A DNA stretch of 64,000 nt, taken from Mobula hypostoma (taxonomy: Eukaryota). A program made the translations under genes and the position numbers. Below are positions 50,671 through 62,924 of the stretch, piece by piece (position 1 is the stretch's first letter; every line of letters starts with the position of its first letter). The notes under the pieces are model-generated. The model ran no database searches. It was not told the origin of the DNA and saw only the letters and a list, made by a program, of their open reading frames with translations. The stretch spans positions 15,378,001 to 15,442,000 of the forward strand of contig NC_086109.1 of the NCBI RefSeq assembly GCF_963921235.1, given 5' to 3'.

Positions 50671-51325
50671 CACTCAGTGGCCACTTTATTAGGTACAACT
50701 CTACACCGACTTGTTAATGCAAACACCTGATCAGCCAATCATGTGGTAGTAACTCAATGCATTAAAACATTCGGGCATGGTCAAACGGTTCAATTGTTGT
50801 TCAGACCAAACACCAGAATGGGGAGGAAATACAATCTAAGTGACTTTGACCATGGAATGATTGTTGGTGCCAGATGAGGTGCTGGAGTTTCTCAGAAACT
50901 GCTAATCTCCTGGGATTTTCAGGTACAACAGTCTCTACAGCAGGGGTTCCCAACCTGGGGTTCATGGACCCCTGGCCTAATAGTATAGGTCCTTGGCAGG
51001 AAAAAGGTTGGAAATCCCTGCTCTAGAGTTTACAGAGAATGGGGCGAGAAACAAAAAAAATAGTGAGCAGCAGTTTCTGTGGGCAAAAATGCCTTGTTAA
51101 TGAGAGAGGTCAGAGGAGAATGGGCTGACTGATTCAAGCTAACAGGAAGGCGGCAGGAACTCAAATAATCATGCATACAATGGTGGTGTGCAGACGAGCA
51201 TCTCTGAACGCACAGCACATTGAACCTTGAAGTAGATGGGCACAGCAGTAGAAGACCACGAACACGCACTCTGTGGCCACTTTATTAAGTGTGAAAGGTA
51301 CCTAAGAAAGTGGCCATTCATTGTA
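50671..51325 (+). mobile_element. Non-autonomous Tc1 element with a nested hAT MITE (50941-51020)
   Basis: TIRs CACTCAGTGGCCACTTTATTAGGTAC / GTACCTAAGAAAGTGGCCATTCATTG; the MITE is flanked by CTCTACAG / CTCTAGAG. Confidence 0.85.
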
Positions 51326-51629
51326 TGTGGCAGGAAAAAGAAAGAAATCAAGTTGAAAGTCAGGCATGCTTTAATGCCACCGTTGCAAGACCCTGTGAAA
51401 ACTATTTGTAAAATCTGTAGGCCATTATTACACATACCGTATAGCATGTTCCTGCAAAAAACAAAATTTTTTGCCAGTATGTTCAATTATATTTTCTATC
51501 AATAAAAATACTGGATTGATTTTTGTTTGGCTAGAAGAATGATTTATAGTTTGTTGCACAGCAAGACCTGGTAATTTGTTTAAGAAGAAAGAGGTTTTGG
51601 ATGGTTAAGTTCTATAGTTACCAGAGGCC

Positions 51630-54600
51630 CAGTGTGTACTGTATTTAATATTTCAGTAATAATGGAGTAATATTGTAAATATGTTGTTTGATTAAGCATT
51701 CTTTGTTTATATAATTCATTATGGGTTATATGTGTGAAGTACATGAATGGCATATGTCATTACACCACCATGTCATATGCATGTGCACCTCACTGAAGTA
51801 AAACTAAATGTACACAAGTTATCCTTAGCTAGTGTTTTTCTTTCAATTAATTTTATATTTTTGAGTTACAAAACATAACAGTGGCAACAAGATTATTTTG
51901 AAACAAACCTGAGCCAACTATCCACATGTTTAACTGCTACAACCAAACCAGCTGAAATTGTCATAAGGTGGTGGCTGGGAACGGACCCAAGTGCAAGACA
52001 CAGACACTGAAGTACTAGGGACAGGACTAGGATACAGGGTGAGGGCTAGGACATGGACACGGAAACCAGGAACCCGGAACAGGACAGGACAAGAGAGCTA
52101 GGAGCCAGGGCTTTGACTCCAAGCCAGAGACTGGACCAGGACCCAGAACCTGGGTCTTGCCTCTGGCTTGGACCCCAGAACTAGGCAAGGACGTGACTTG
52201 GCTGGCAGGGAGGACGAGGCTGGAGTCTTCAGGCTTGGGACTTGAGGCGAGGCTTGAGACCTGAGGCGAGGCTTGGGACCAGAGACTTGAGGCGAGGCTT
52301 GGGACCAGAGACTTGAGGTGAGGCTTGAGACCTGAGACTTGAGGCGAGGCTTGAGGCCAGGAACTTGAGGCAAGGCTGGGGACCAGAGACTTGAGGTGAG
52401 GCTTGGCTAGAGGCTTGGGGTCTTGAAGCTCCTCTGCACAGTAACGGCAATCTGGCTTGGCTTACCCGGCGGAGGCATGGGACAGGAAGGGACAGAACCT
52501 ACCGCAGGGTAACGGCAATCTGGCCTGGCTTACCCAGCAGAGGCATGGGACAGGAAGGGACAGAACCCACCGCAGGGTAACGGCAAGATGGCCTGGCTTA
52601 CCCGACGGAGGCAAGGGACAGGAAAGGACCTGGTTACAGGGTGGCTCCAAGACAAGACTTCAGGCAAGGCGAGAGTTACCGGCAAGACGAGGCAAGGCTT
52701 CAGGCAAGGAAATAGAAGGCAGGGGAAGGGATGCAGGGAGTAAGGAAAAGAACAATCCAGCAGCCACACCCTGGTCTCTGGAGGTATTTATGCAGCCAGC
52801 CCCAATGAGGATCAGCTGCCTCAATTAATGCTCAACAGGAACAGAAACAGGGTAGACAGGAAAACCTGGAGCAAGGGTCGATGGACCGGACCATGAACCG
52901 GAGTGTGGACTTCATGGACTGGACCATGACAGAAATGAGTGTTGCTGATATCATGGAAAAAATTGGAACATTTAGAACTGAAACCATAGTTGATGTAGAA
53001 CACTTTTAAGTTTCATAAGCAGAATCAAAAGGAAGGGGTGGTCCATTACAACTTATGTGGCTGAATTGAAGTGGTTGTCTGAACATTGTCAGTTCAGTGA
53101 TGGATGTAATGATGCACTGAGAGATTTTTAGTCTGTGGAATCCTACAAGAATGCTTTCAAAAACAACTCCTTACTGAAGCACAACTCACATTTAAAAGAG
53201 CAGTTGAAATTGCTGTATCAATGGGAACAGCAGCCAGAGATGCAATTGAGTTGCAGTCAGGAATAAAAATGAATATGAACAAAATTTCAGCATCTAAACA
53301 GAAACATGCCTGGTTGAATAAATTGTATTATGCTTTGGCAGGGGCTCACAGACATCAGACCAATGCAGGTTTAAAGACAAAACAGGACAAAGTAAGACAC
53401 ATATAAAAAGCATGTTGGGCAGATAAAAATAAATGGACTGCACAGGGAAGAGAAAAAGATAAAAAGTCAAGTTGCAGTTTCAAAAAGAACACTAATCTGC
53501 ACATTGTGAATAAAAGATTTGATAATGGTGAGAGTGATACAGGACTGGGAGCCTAGAGATTTACACTGTGAAAACTAAAATTAGACAAGCTTACACCAGT
53601 AGTGAATGGCTAATTAATTTAAACTGGAATTAGACACTCGATTGGCTGTTTCAGTCATTACACAAAATGAGTTTGAAAGGCATTTCAAAGATACTGAACT
53701 GAAGCCTGCAGATATCCAACTAAGAACTTAATCTGGAGAAAAGATAACTCCCGTGGGAATGACATTCATAACAGTTAAATACAACAACTAACAAGTCATA
53801 TTGGGCTTGTACGTGGTAAAAACAGGAGGTCCAGAATTAAGGAGCCATGATGGGCTGAGACCACTAAAACTTGATTGGAGATCCCTTACCGTTTACACCT
53901 CACATTCCCTGTAGTATAGTCAACAGAAAGCGAATTAAGAAAGGTGCTGGTTGATGCCATAGCAGTGTTCAAGGATGGCGTTGGAAAACTCAAATATATC
54001 AAGGGTTAAATAGTGTTAAATGAAAATGCCACACCTAAGTTTTACAAAGCCTAAGTTCTTTATACCATCCATGATAAACTAGCCAGTGATCTAGATTGTA
54101 TAGAGGCTGAAGGAATACTTTGCAAGCCTGAGTGGAGTCCATGGACAATGCCAGTGGTCCCAGTAGCCAAGAAAGATTGGTCTGATAGGACCTGTGGTTA
54201 TTTAAAGTAACCATCAACCCAGTACTGAAAGTAGATCAATATCCCCTGCCCAGGATAGAGAGTATCTTTGCAAATCTTTCTGGAGGGTAACACTTCAGCA
54301 AAGTGGACTTGGCTGAGACCTACCTAAAGATGGAGATGGAAGAAGAGTCTAAAATGTTTCTCATCAGTAACACTCACAAATAGCTTTATCACTATAATAG
54401 GCTTATTTTGGAGTAGCATCTGCATTTGATCTCTGGCAGAAAGCTATGGACCAGGTGCCAGAAGATTGCCCAGGCACCTTTTCCTCCCTGCACATCGCCC
54501 TGCAGCATACTCCACAACCAACAACTCACCAACTATGCTGTTCCTGGGTCATCCCTTGTGCTGGTGCTTGGCCTTCCTCAATTCCAATCCCAGAGGGAGT

Positions 54601-54755
54601 TTGCAGAACAAACAACTGAGATGAATTGAGGGCTCCTCAAACAAGGAGGTTTGATGTTTCACTCCTGGACAAGAAGTCCTGGTGAGGGATGACAGAGATG
54701 ATCGAAAGTAGGTACTGGGAGAGATTAAGGACAGAACTGGATCACTCCCCTACAG
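51630..54755 (+). mobile_element. Decayed Ty3/Gypsy LTR retrotransposon (LTR-like segment, PBS, gag, protease, RT, integrase tail)
   Basis: LTR-like end ...CATAACA then TGGCAACAAG (PBS-like, 51882); gag LSEHCQF...LLTEAQLTFKRAVEIAVSM; ELDT protease motif; RT PVVPVAKKD...VTINPVLKVDQYPLPRIESIFANL...FSKVDLAETYL; many stops and deletions. Confidence 0.85.
51959..52931 (-). mobile_element. Solo LTR (973 bp) inserted in the Gypsy gag region
   Basis: TGTCAT...ATGACA inverted termini; perfect 5-bp TSD GAAAT (51954-51958, 52932-52936); internal short tandem repeats; CATAAATA box on the minus strand. Confidence 0.85.
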
Positions 54756-54884
54756 GAAAGATATTATCCCACAAGGGTAAGAAATCCTGCACAGAGATTA
54801 AATCTTTAGGCCTGAATGATCCCATTTAAAATTTACTATGCTGTAGATTTCTGTATGGTAGTTGTATCATATAGTATACTGTGA

Positions 54885-54923
<39 letters not shown>

Positions 54924-54931
54924 CATATACT

Positions 54932-56828
54932 CTGCTTAAGCAGGGCGTTAAAATGCTGCTGAGGTGGGCTGAGCATTTTAACACTCTGCTTAATCAGGAC
55001 TCTGACGCAGACCCCACCAACCTGGATGAACTGCCTGAACTTCCTCCTATCCACGACCTCAGTCTACCTCCAACCTTCCAGGAGGTTCTATCAGCTGTCC
55101 ATTCCCTTAAGAACAACAAGTCCCCTGGCACTGACAATATCCCTGCTGAGTTACTGAAAAAGGGAGGGTACAGGTGTATACGCACCCTCTACCAGTACAT
55201 CACCAAGGCCTGGACTGATGAGAACATCCCACAGCAATGGAGAAATGCAAACATTGTTGTCATTTATAAGAACAAGGGTGACAAGGCCATCTGTGGCAAT
55301 AGTAGGGGCATATCACTCCTTTCTGTTGCTGGAAAGGTCCTGGCTAAGGTGATGCTTCAGAGACTCACCAGCAACATCACCGAGCCAATGCTGCCTGAAT
55401 CGCAGTGTGGATTTAGGAAGAACAGGAGCACGATCGACATGATCTTCACAGCCCGGCAGCTTCAGGAAAAGTGCTGGGAGAAACATCAGGACCTGTTTAT
55501 GGCCTTTGTTGACCTCTCCAAAGCATTCGACACTGTGCAAAGAGAGCTCTTATGGGATGTCCTCCTTAGGTTTGGCTGTCCCAATAAATTTGTTAACATC
55601 CTCCACCAGTTCCACGATGGGACGACTGCTCGGGTAATCATAGGAGGACAAGAGTCCAAGCCCTTCCTTGTATGCACAGGGGTGAAGCAGGGGTGTGTGC
55701 TAGCGCCAGTGCTCTTTAACATCATCCTCTTGTGTGTTACCAAGCTTCCCCACAATGAGATTGAAGACAGCAGCGGTGTGGCAGTGGACGTCAGATAAGA
55801 TGGCAACTTCTTTGACATCTGGAGGCTCCACACAACCACCAAACTCCATAGAGAGTGGGTCCTGGAGCTGCAGTATGCAGACGACTGTGCTCTTGTGGCC
55901 CATACTCCGGAGGATCTTCAAACTGTCCTTGCTGTGGCGGTGAGAGCATACAGCAGGATGGGGCTGACTGTCAATACCACCAAGACAGAAGAGGTTTGCC
56001 AATGGAGTACCAGTGTCCCACCCACTCTAAAGCTGTCAGTAGTGCCATCTTTCAAATATCTGGGGAGCATTCTCTCTGAGGATAGTAGCATTGACAATGA
56101 CATCCAGGCCACATTAAACAGGCATCAGCTGCCTTTGGGAGACTTTGGCGTAGAGTCTTTCAGAACAGGAGCCTTCATCCCTCCACAAAGGTCACCATAT
56201 ACCAAGCGGTCTGTGTCACCACCCTCCTTTATAGCTGTGAAGCTTGGGTAAACTACAGCCGTCACATCAAGTCCTTGGAGCACTTCCACATATGCTGCCT
56301 CCAGCACATGCTGGGAATTACTTGGCGTGAGCAGGTGCCTCACACTGAAATACTTGTAAAGACCAACTGCAGGTGTATTGAAGCCATGATCACCCAGCAT
56401 CAGCTGCAGTGGCTGGGGCACGTGATAAGGATGCCCCCATGCCAGCTACCCCGCAGAGTGTTATACGGCCAGCTACATCATGGTTGACGCTTAGGAGGGC
56501 CAAAGAAGTGCTATAAGGATCAGATGAAGAATGCTTTAAGGAAGTGCAAGATCAGACCTGAGGACCTGGGGGATGTTGCTGCTGACCGTACCACTTGGCG
56601 ACAGCTGTGTAGGGACGGGGTTCGTATTCTGGAGATGGAAAGAACAACCAGAAGACAGCAGGAGAGAACCAGGAGAAATGCAGCCATGGTTGCCACCATT
56701 ACTACATATACATGTCCCACCTGCAATAGAGCTTGTGGGTCCAGGATAGGACTGTATAGTCATCAAAGATCTCACCGTTAAAGGAGTGGACGTTGTCATC
56801 GGATTTCGATGGACAACCGAAGACAAGA
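54932..56828 (+). mobile_element. RTE-clade LINE, 5'-truncated, RT to 3' end with a few disabling mutations
   Basis: RWAEHFNTLLN, KSPGTDNIPAELLK, RGISLLSVAGKVLAKV, LPESQCGFR, FVDLSKAFDTV, GVKQGCVLAP, LQYADD, WLGHVIRMP, terminal CPTCNRACGSRIGLYSHQRSH zinc finger; GAAGACAAGA tail. Confidence 0.93.
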
Positions 56829-57239
56829 GATATAAATATAGATAGGTAGATAGATAGATTTTACATATTTGAGTTGAGATGTACTCTATATTGAGTTGGA
56901 GTTAGTAGCTAAGTAGGGAGGAGTGTAATTCTTACTCTTCACAGACATCCATGAAACAGAAGAAAACCCCAAAGAATAAAGGGCAGAAAACGTTGGAACC
57001 CCAAAGCCCCTCCTCCCATGCACAAGCAACAGGAAAAGCATCAACCCTCCCCCCCCTCCCCTCCAGGCCTCGGCAAAAATCATCAGACCAGGCCCCCCCC
57101 CACCCACCATGCAAGGAATAGCAAAGCCCAGTTGAACTTTTTGACCATGATCTAAAGTCCATCAAAAGTCATTGTTCAGCCCAACAGTTCGACAAGCAAC
57201 AGGCACTCTCTCTCAGTGACTTGTGTCCCTTAAATGTCG

Positions 57240-57670
57240 CGATTATGCTCTCTTCTCCTTGCTACCATCTGGAATAAGGTACAGGAGCCTGAAGGCACAC
57301 ACTCAGCGATTCAGGAACAGTTTCTTGCCCTTTCTGAACGGGCTATGAAACCACGATTACTACCTCATTATTTCGCTCCCTTTTTTGCACTACATATTTT
57401 TTATATTTCTTTTTGTAACTTATAGTATTTTTTATGTATTGCAATGTCCAGCTGCCACAAAACAATGAATTTCATGGCACATGAGCTGTAATAAACCTGA
57501 TTCTGGTTCCGATTACCTACCTCAACCATTTCCTCTGGCAAGCAGCTCGCTTCACATACTCACCACCCTCTGTGTGACAAAGTTACCCCTCAGGTCCCTG
57601 TTAAAACTTTTCCCTATGCCCTCTAGTTTTTATATTCCCTTTCCTTGGTAATAAGACTATGTGCATTCAC
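57240..57670. mobile_element. Rex 3' fragment (plus strand) followed by a short CR1 fragment (minus strand)
   Basis: gtacaggagcctgaaggcacacactcagcgattcaggaacag...aataaacctgattctg; then accaccctctgtgtg CR1 motif. Confidence 0.65.
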
Positions 57671-57685
57671 ATGTGTCTAAACTTT

Positions 57686-58058
57686 AGACACATGAGGTAC
57701 TGCAGATGTTGGAAATCTAGAACGATACACACACATGTGCTGGAAGAACTCAGCAGGTCAGGCAGTATCTATGGTTGGGAATAAACAGTCGACGTTTCAG
57801 GCTGAGATCCTTCATCAGGACTGAAAAGGAAAGGGGAAAGAGTCAGAATAAGAAGATGGAGGGAAGAGGGGAAGAAGTACCAGGAGGCAGGTGATCAGTG
57901 AATCTGGGACAGGGGGAGGGGGTGATGTAGAGAGCTGGGAAGTTGACTGATGGAAGAGATAAAGAGTTGGAGAAGGGGAATCTGATAGGAGAGGGCAGAA
58001 GACCATGAAAGAAAGGGAAGGAGGAGGAGCACCAGAGGGAGGTGATGGGCAGGTTAAG
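57686..58058 (-). mobile_element. Penelope-like element terminal repeat and pyrimidine-rich spacer
   Basis: Homologous to 17580-17950 and 27340-27730. Confidence 0.78.
57786..57823 (-). ncRNA. Minimal type I hammerhead ribozyme motif (predicted)
   Basis: Minus strand CAGTC-CTGATGA-AGGATCTCAGCCT-GAAAC-GTC-GACTG: stem I CAGTC/GACTG, core CUGAUGA and GAAA, stem II AGG/CCT, GUC cleavage triplet, palindromic ACGT in place of stem III. Confidence 0.7.
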
Positions 58059-58599
58059 AACAGAACGTGCACTTTTGCACTCTTTCCAGCTTTACAAAGT
58101 CTTCCCTATGTTTCCATGTGCAATTATCACCACCCCCGCCACACACACACACAAATAAGGTGAATACCTCTTTTGAGTTTTGAGCCACATAAGTTGCTAA
58201 TTAGTTTTGGCTGTGAGTGCACATCTAGTGCGGGCAGCAATACTTTTTGGTAGCTGGTTGACTCAGTGAAGTAACACTGGCTAAATCCTAAGTGTGAGAT
58301 TTATAGCATTAACTTTATAATTAGTGTCACTTTGCACCATAAACATGATGCTATAGCAATAAACTGCGTAATTTGCACTTTATCAGAAAGTCTTTGAAGA
58401 AAATAATCTTATCAGTAGGGCAGCAGTAGTGTCGGCTAAAGAGAACTAATGCAAAGAGACTAAAAAAAAATGCAGTCAAAGCATAGTATAATCCTCAAAT
58501 ACACATTTAAATGATCAAAAAGAGCTGATGTCAGGAATAAGAGGTTTTACTTGTGTGGAAAATCTAAAAGCATGGAAAGTAGTCATTGTGTCCAGTGCA

Positions 58600-59290
58600 C
58601 CTATGCCATCTGTTCGAAAGAATCATTCAATTAATCACACTCTATGCGCTCTTCCCCAGGTGTAGCCATTTAAACTTTTCCTCTTCCAGTATTTATCCAA
58701 TTTCCTTTTGAATGACTTAAGTGAATCCACTTTCAGGCAGTGAATTCCAGGTCCTAACAAGTTGCTGCAAACCATTTTTATTGTGTCCCTTCAGGGTCCT
58801 TTGCCAGGCAACTTAAATAGGTTACTGACAACTCTGGTTAAATATGTCTTTGTTACTGATGGCTTCTAGCTATGAAAACAGATTCTCCTTATTTACCGTT
58901 TCAAAACTATTCATAATTTTGATCATCTTTAGTAAATCTCTTCCCAACATTCTCTGCTCCAAAGGCTATAAGAACATAAGACCTAGGAGCTGAATTAGGC
59001 CATTTGGTCTAATGAATCTGCTGCTCCATTCGATCATGGCTGATTTATCTTCCCTTTCAATCTCATTCTCATGCTTTCTCCTCGTAACCTTTTAGACCCC
59101 TTACAAATCAACTTCTGTTTCAAATATAGCCAATGATATTCTCCACAGCCATCTGGGGCAATGAATTCCCCATATTCACTGCACTGCAGCTAAAGTAATT
59201 CCTCCCCAACTCTGCTCTACAGGGATATCCTTCTATTCTGAGGCTGTATCCTCTCGTCCTAGACTCTCCTATTGGGAATATCCTCTCCGC
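58600..59290 (-). mobile_element. CR1 LINE 3' fragments (one old, one younger from about 58968)
   Basis: Minus strand RIFPIGESRTRGYSLRIEG...NSLPQMAVE; (ATAAGAAC)-type tail. Confidence 0.7.
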
Positions 59291-61397
59291 GGTCATCTCA
59301 CGGCCCAACAAGAAGCCCTGGCTGAATGAAGAGGTTTGCTCCCTACTAAAAGCCAAGGATGCTGCCTTCAAGTCCAGTGACAGAGCAGCTGTCAGGGCAG
59401 GCAGGGGAAACTTTACCTTGGGCATCAAGAGGGTAAAGACCACTTAAGCACAAAAGGTTCAGGAATACCTGTCTGATGACGATCCCTGGTGAATGTGGCT
59501 GGGCATCAAAGGCATTACTGACTACACAAGGAAAAACAGCATCGACTGTACCAGTGACTCCTCCCTTCCTGATGCTCTAAATAACTACTATGCACGCTTT
59601 GTGGCATGCAACATGACGCCGGCCATGAATGTTACCCCACTCTCAGGGGAGCAGCCACTGTCTGTAACAGGAGCAGAGGTGAGAAGGACTCTGCGGAGAA
59701 ACAACCCCACCTAAGGCTGCTGGGCCAGATAACGTCCTAGGCCGAATACTCAGAGAGTGTGCACACCAGCTCGCCGATGTCGTCATGGATATCTTCAACA
59801 CTCCACTCATCCAGGCTGCTGTCCCCACAGGCTTCAAATCAGCCACCATCATCCCTGTACCAAAGCACTCCACACCTTCAGAGCTAAATAACTACTGCCC
59901 AGTGGCACTGATGCCAATTATCATCCCTAAATGGCTGATAATGGCGCTCCATAATAAAAACTCCATTCTTGCCACATTGGACACTCACCAATATGCTAAC
60001 TGACAGAACCACTCTACGACAGATGCCATAGCATCTGTCATGCACTTGGCCCTGACACACTGAGAGAACAAGGACACTTACGTCAGAATGCTGTTTCTAG
60101 ATTTCAGTTTGGCATTCAACATTATTGTTCCACAGACCTTGTGAACAAGCTCCTGCTCCTCGGTCTAGGTACACCACTGTGCAACTGGGTGTTAGATTTC
60201 CGAACGAACAGACCTCAGATAGTCAGGATGCATAACCGTACCTCTGTCCCCATCATCGGGCACTCCTGGCACTCAACGTCAGTAAGACGAAGAGCTGACT
60301 GTGGACTTCAGAAAGTGTAAGACAAAGGAACACATACCAATCCTCATAGGGGGATCAGAAGTGGAGAGAGTGAGCAGCTTCAAGTTCCTGAGCATCAAGA
60401 TCTCTGAGGATCTAACCTGGTCCCAGCATATTGATGTAGTCATAAAGAAGGCAAGACAGCGGCTATATTTTATTAGGACGTTTGAAGAGATTTGGCATGT
60501 CAACAAATACACTCAAAAACTTCTATAGATATACCGTGGAGAGCATTCTGACAGGCTGCATCACTGTCTGGTATGGAGGGGCTACTGCACAGGACCGAAA
60601 GAAGTTGCAGAAGGTTGTAAATCTAGTCAGCTCCATCTTGGGCATGAGCCTACAAAGTACCCAGGGTATCTTTAGGGAGCGGCGTCTCAGAAAGGCAGCA
60701 TCCATTATTAAGAACCTCCAGCACCCAGGGCATGCCCTTTTCTCACTGTTACCATCGGGTAGGAGATACAGAAGCCTGAAGGCACACACCCAGCGATTCG
60801 GGAACAGCTTCTTTCCCTCTGCCATCCCATTCCTAAATGGACATTGAAGCTTTGGACACTACCTCACTTTTTTAATATACAGTATTTCTCTTTTTGCACA
60901 TTTAAAAAAATTATTCAATACATGTAATTGATTTACTTGTTTATTTATTATGTTTTATTTTATTTATTATTAGTGTGGACACGTGGCCAAGTGGTTAAGG
61001 CATTCGACTAGCGATCTGAAGTTCGTGAGTTCGAGCCCCAGCCGAAGCAGCATGTTGTGTCCTTGAGCAAGGCACTTAATCACACATTGCTCTGTGGCGA
61101 CACTGGTGCCAAGCTGTATAGGTCCCAATGCCCTTCCCTTGGACAACATTGGTGTCGTGGAGAGGGGAGACTTGCAGCATGGGCAACTGCCAGTCTTCCA
61201 TACAACCTTGCCCAGGCCTGCGCCCTGGAGAGTGAAGACTTTCCAGGTGCAGATCCATGGTCTCGCAAGACTAACGGATTTATTATTATTTTTTTCTCTC
61301 TCTGCTAGATTATGTATTCCATTGAACTGCTGCTGCTAAGTTAACAAATTTCATGTCCCATGCCGGTGATAATAAACCTGATTCTGATTCCGATTCT
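59291..61397 (+). mobile_element. Rex1/Babar LINE sequence (RT N-terminal part joined to a younger 3' part), with a SINE inserted in its 3' UTR
   Basis: NKKPWLN, KAAGPD, DIFNTPL...FKSATIIPVPK...[22 protein letters not shown]; then VERVSSFKFL...TVESILTGCITVWYG...LLPSGRRYRSL...NSFFPSAI; (TGATTC)n tail. Confidence 0.9.
60973..61277 (+). mobile_element. Full-length tRNA-derived CORE-like SINE with 11-bp TSD
   Basis: TGGCCAAGTGGTTAAGG...GAGTTCGAGCCC head; GTGTCCTTGAGCAAGGCACTTAA; ATTTATTATTA at 60962-60972 and 61278-61288. Confidence 0.88.
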
Positions 61398-62006
61398 TGT
61401 GGATACTTACATCACGTTCTCTGTATTATTCATCCAGCAATGGATACCCTTGAGGGAAATAAGGACAATTGGTTAGTGTAAAAATGGAAAGGAAGGATGT
61501 GCAAGGTGAATTGTTATCACTCACAGTTTCAGTACAGCAAAGGATGGGATCTTTGGCCCACAATATTGTGTGGAACTAATTAAACTAATTATTCCTAATT
61601 GCATTAATTCCTTCTGCTTGCACATGGTCCATATCCTTCCATTCTCCGTAGTTTCGTATGTCTATCTAAGAGCCTCTTAAAAGCCTCTGTCATATCTGCC
61701 TTCACTATCATCCCTGGAAGCACTTTCCAGGCACCCACCCCCCACTGCGTAAAACACCCGCCCTGCACATCTCCCTGAGACTTTTCTCCTTTCACCTTAA
61801 ATGCGTGCATTAGCCGTTTCAACCCTGTGAAAAAGATACCGAGTGTCTGTACCTCCCGTAATTTTTATAAACTTCTATAAAGTTTCTGCTGCTCCAGAAA
61901 ATAACTTTAATTTGTCCAACCTCTCCCTACTGTACCTGCTGTCTAATCCAAGTAGCATCCTGGTAAACCACTTAGGCACCCTGTCCAAAGCTTTCACATT
62001 CTTCTT

Positions 62007-62682
62007 CATTTTTAGATCTTTTTTATTAATTATTATTGAAAATCAACAAAAAAACATTAAAGTAATCAAGTCAACATGTCAATATGTACAATAAGAATTA
62101 AATTATGAAATAACTGATTAACAAAGCTAAACAATATATCAATAATAATAAGAAAAAACAAAATGTTAAAACTATTTTTTTTGGAAAAAGGAAAGAAGGA
62201 AAAAAGAACCCCTACTAACTAAAACAAATAAAAACCCTACTAACAAAAAAAAACCCATTGGGAGCACGACCCCAGAGCTATACGCCATACAAGCTTCCAT
62301 AAAAGAAAAACATCAATCCACCAACTCAAATCCATTTAAACAAGAATCAGAAGGGGACCATCTTAATTAACTCAAATCAGATGATAGTAGTGGGCAAAAG
62401 AACCCCACCTTTTCTCAAAGTCAAATCGAGGATCAAAAGTTCGACTTTTGATTTTCTCCAAACTAAGACAGAACATCACCTGAGAGAACCATTGTATCAA
62501 AGTGGGAGCAGAGACATCTTCCCATTTCAATAAAATAGCCCCTCTGGCCAATAATGTGACAAATGCAATTACATGTTGGTCTGATATAGAAATACCATGA
62601 ATATATTGAGGGATTCTACCGAACAAAACTGTCAATTTATTAGGTTGTAAATCCTTCTTATACATCCTTATACATCTTGTAT
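62007..62682 (-). mobile_element. L1-clade LINE 3' end inserted in a CR1 fragment (about 61540-62006 and 62683-62782)
   Basis: IAFVTLLARGAILLKWE...APTLIQW...LSLEKI...FEKRWGSF; T-rich 3' UTR with AATAAA; ATTCTTCTT duplicated at 61998-62006 and 62683-62691. Confidence 0.8.
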
Positions 62683-62789
62683 ATTCTTCTTATAATGGGC
62701 AAACAGAATTGAATACGATACTCCAAATGTGGCATAACCAGAGTTTTATAAATCTGCAACATTAACTTCCTGACTCTTGAATCAATATA

Positions 62790-62924
62790 CCACAAGAGAT
62801 TCTACAAATGCTGGAAATCCAGAGTAACATACACAAAATGTTGGAGGAACACAGCAGGTCAGGCAGCATCTATGGAGCGGAGTGGTCAACATTTGAGGCT
62901 GAAGGGTCTTGGCCTCCAGCACTC

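Noticed and set aside
60980..61050. tRNA gene (also at about 4460-4530 and 21030-21105)
   Set aside because: A and B boxes are present, but each continues into a SINE body; one has a TSD, and I could not fold a clean cloverleaf.
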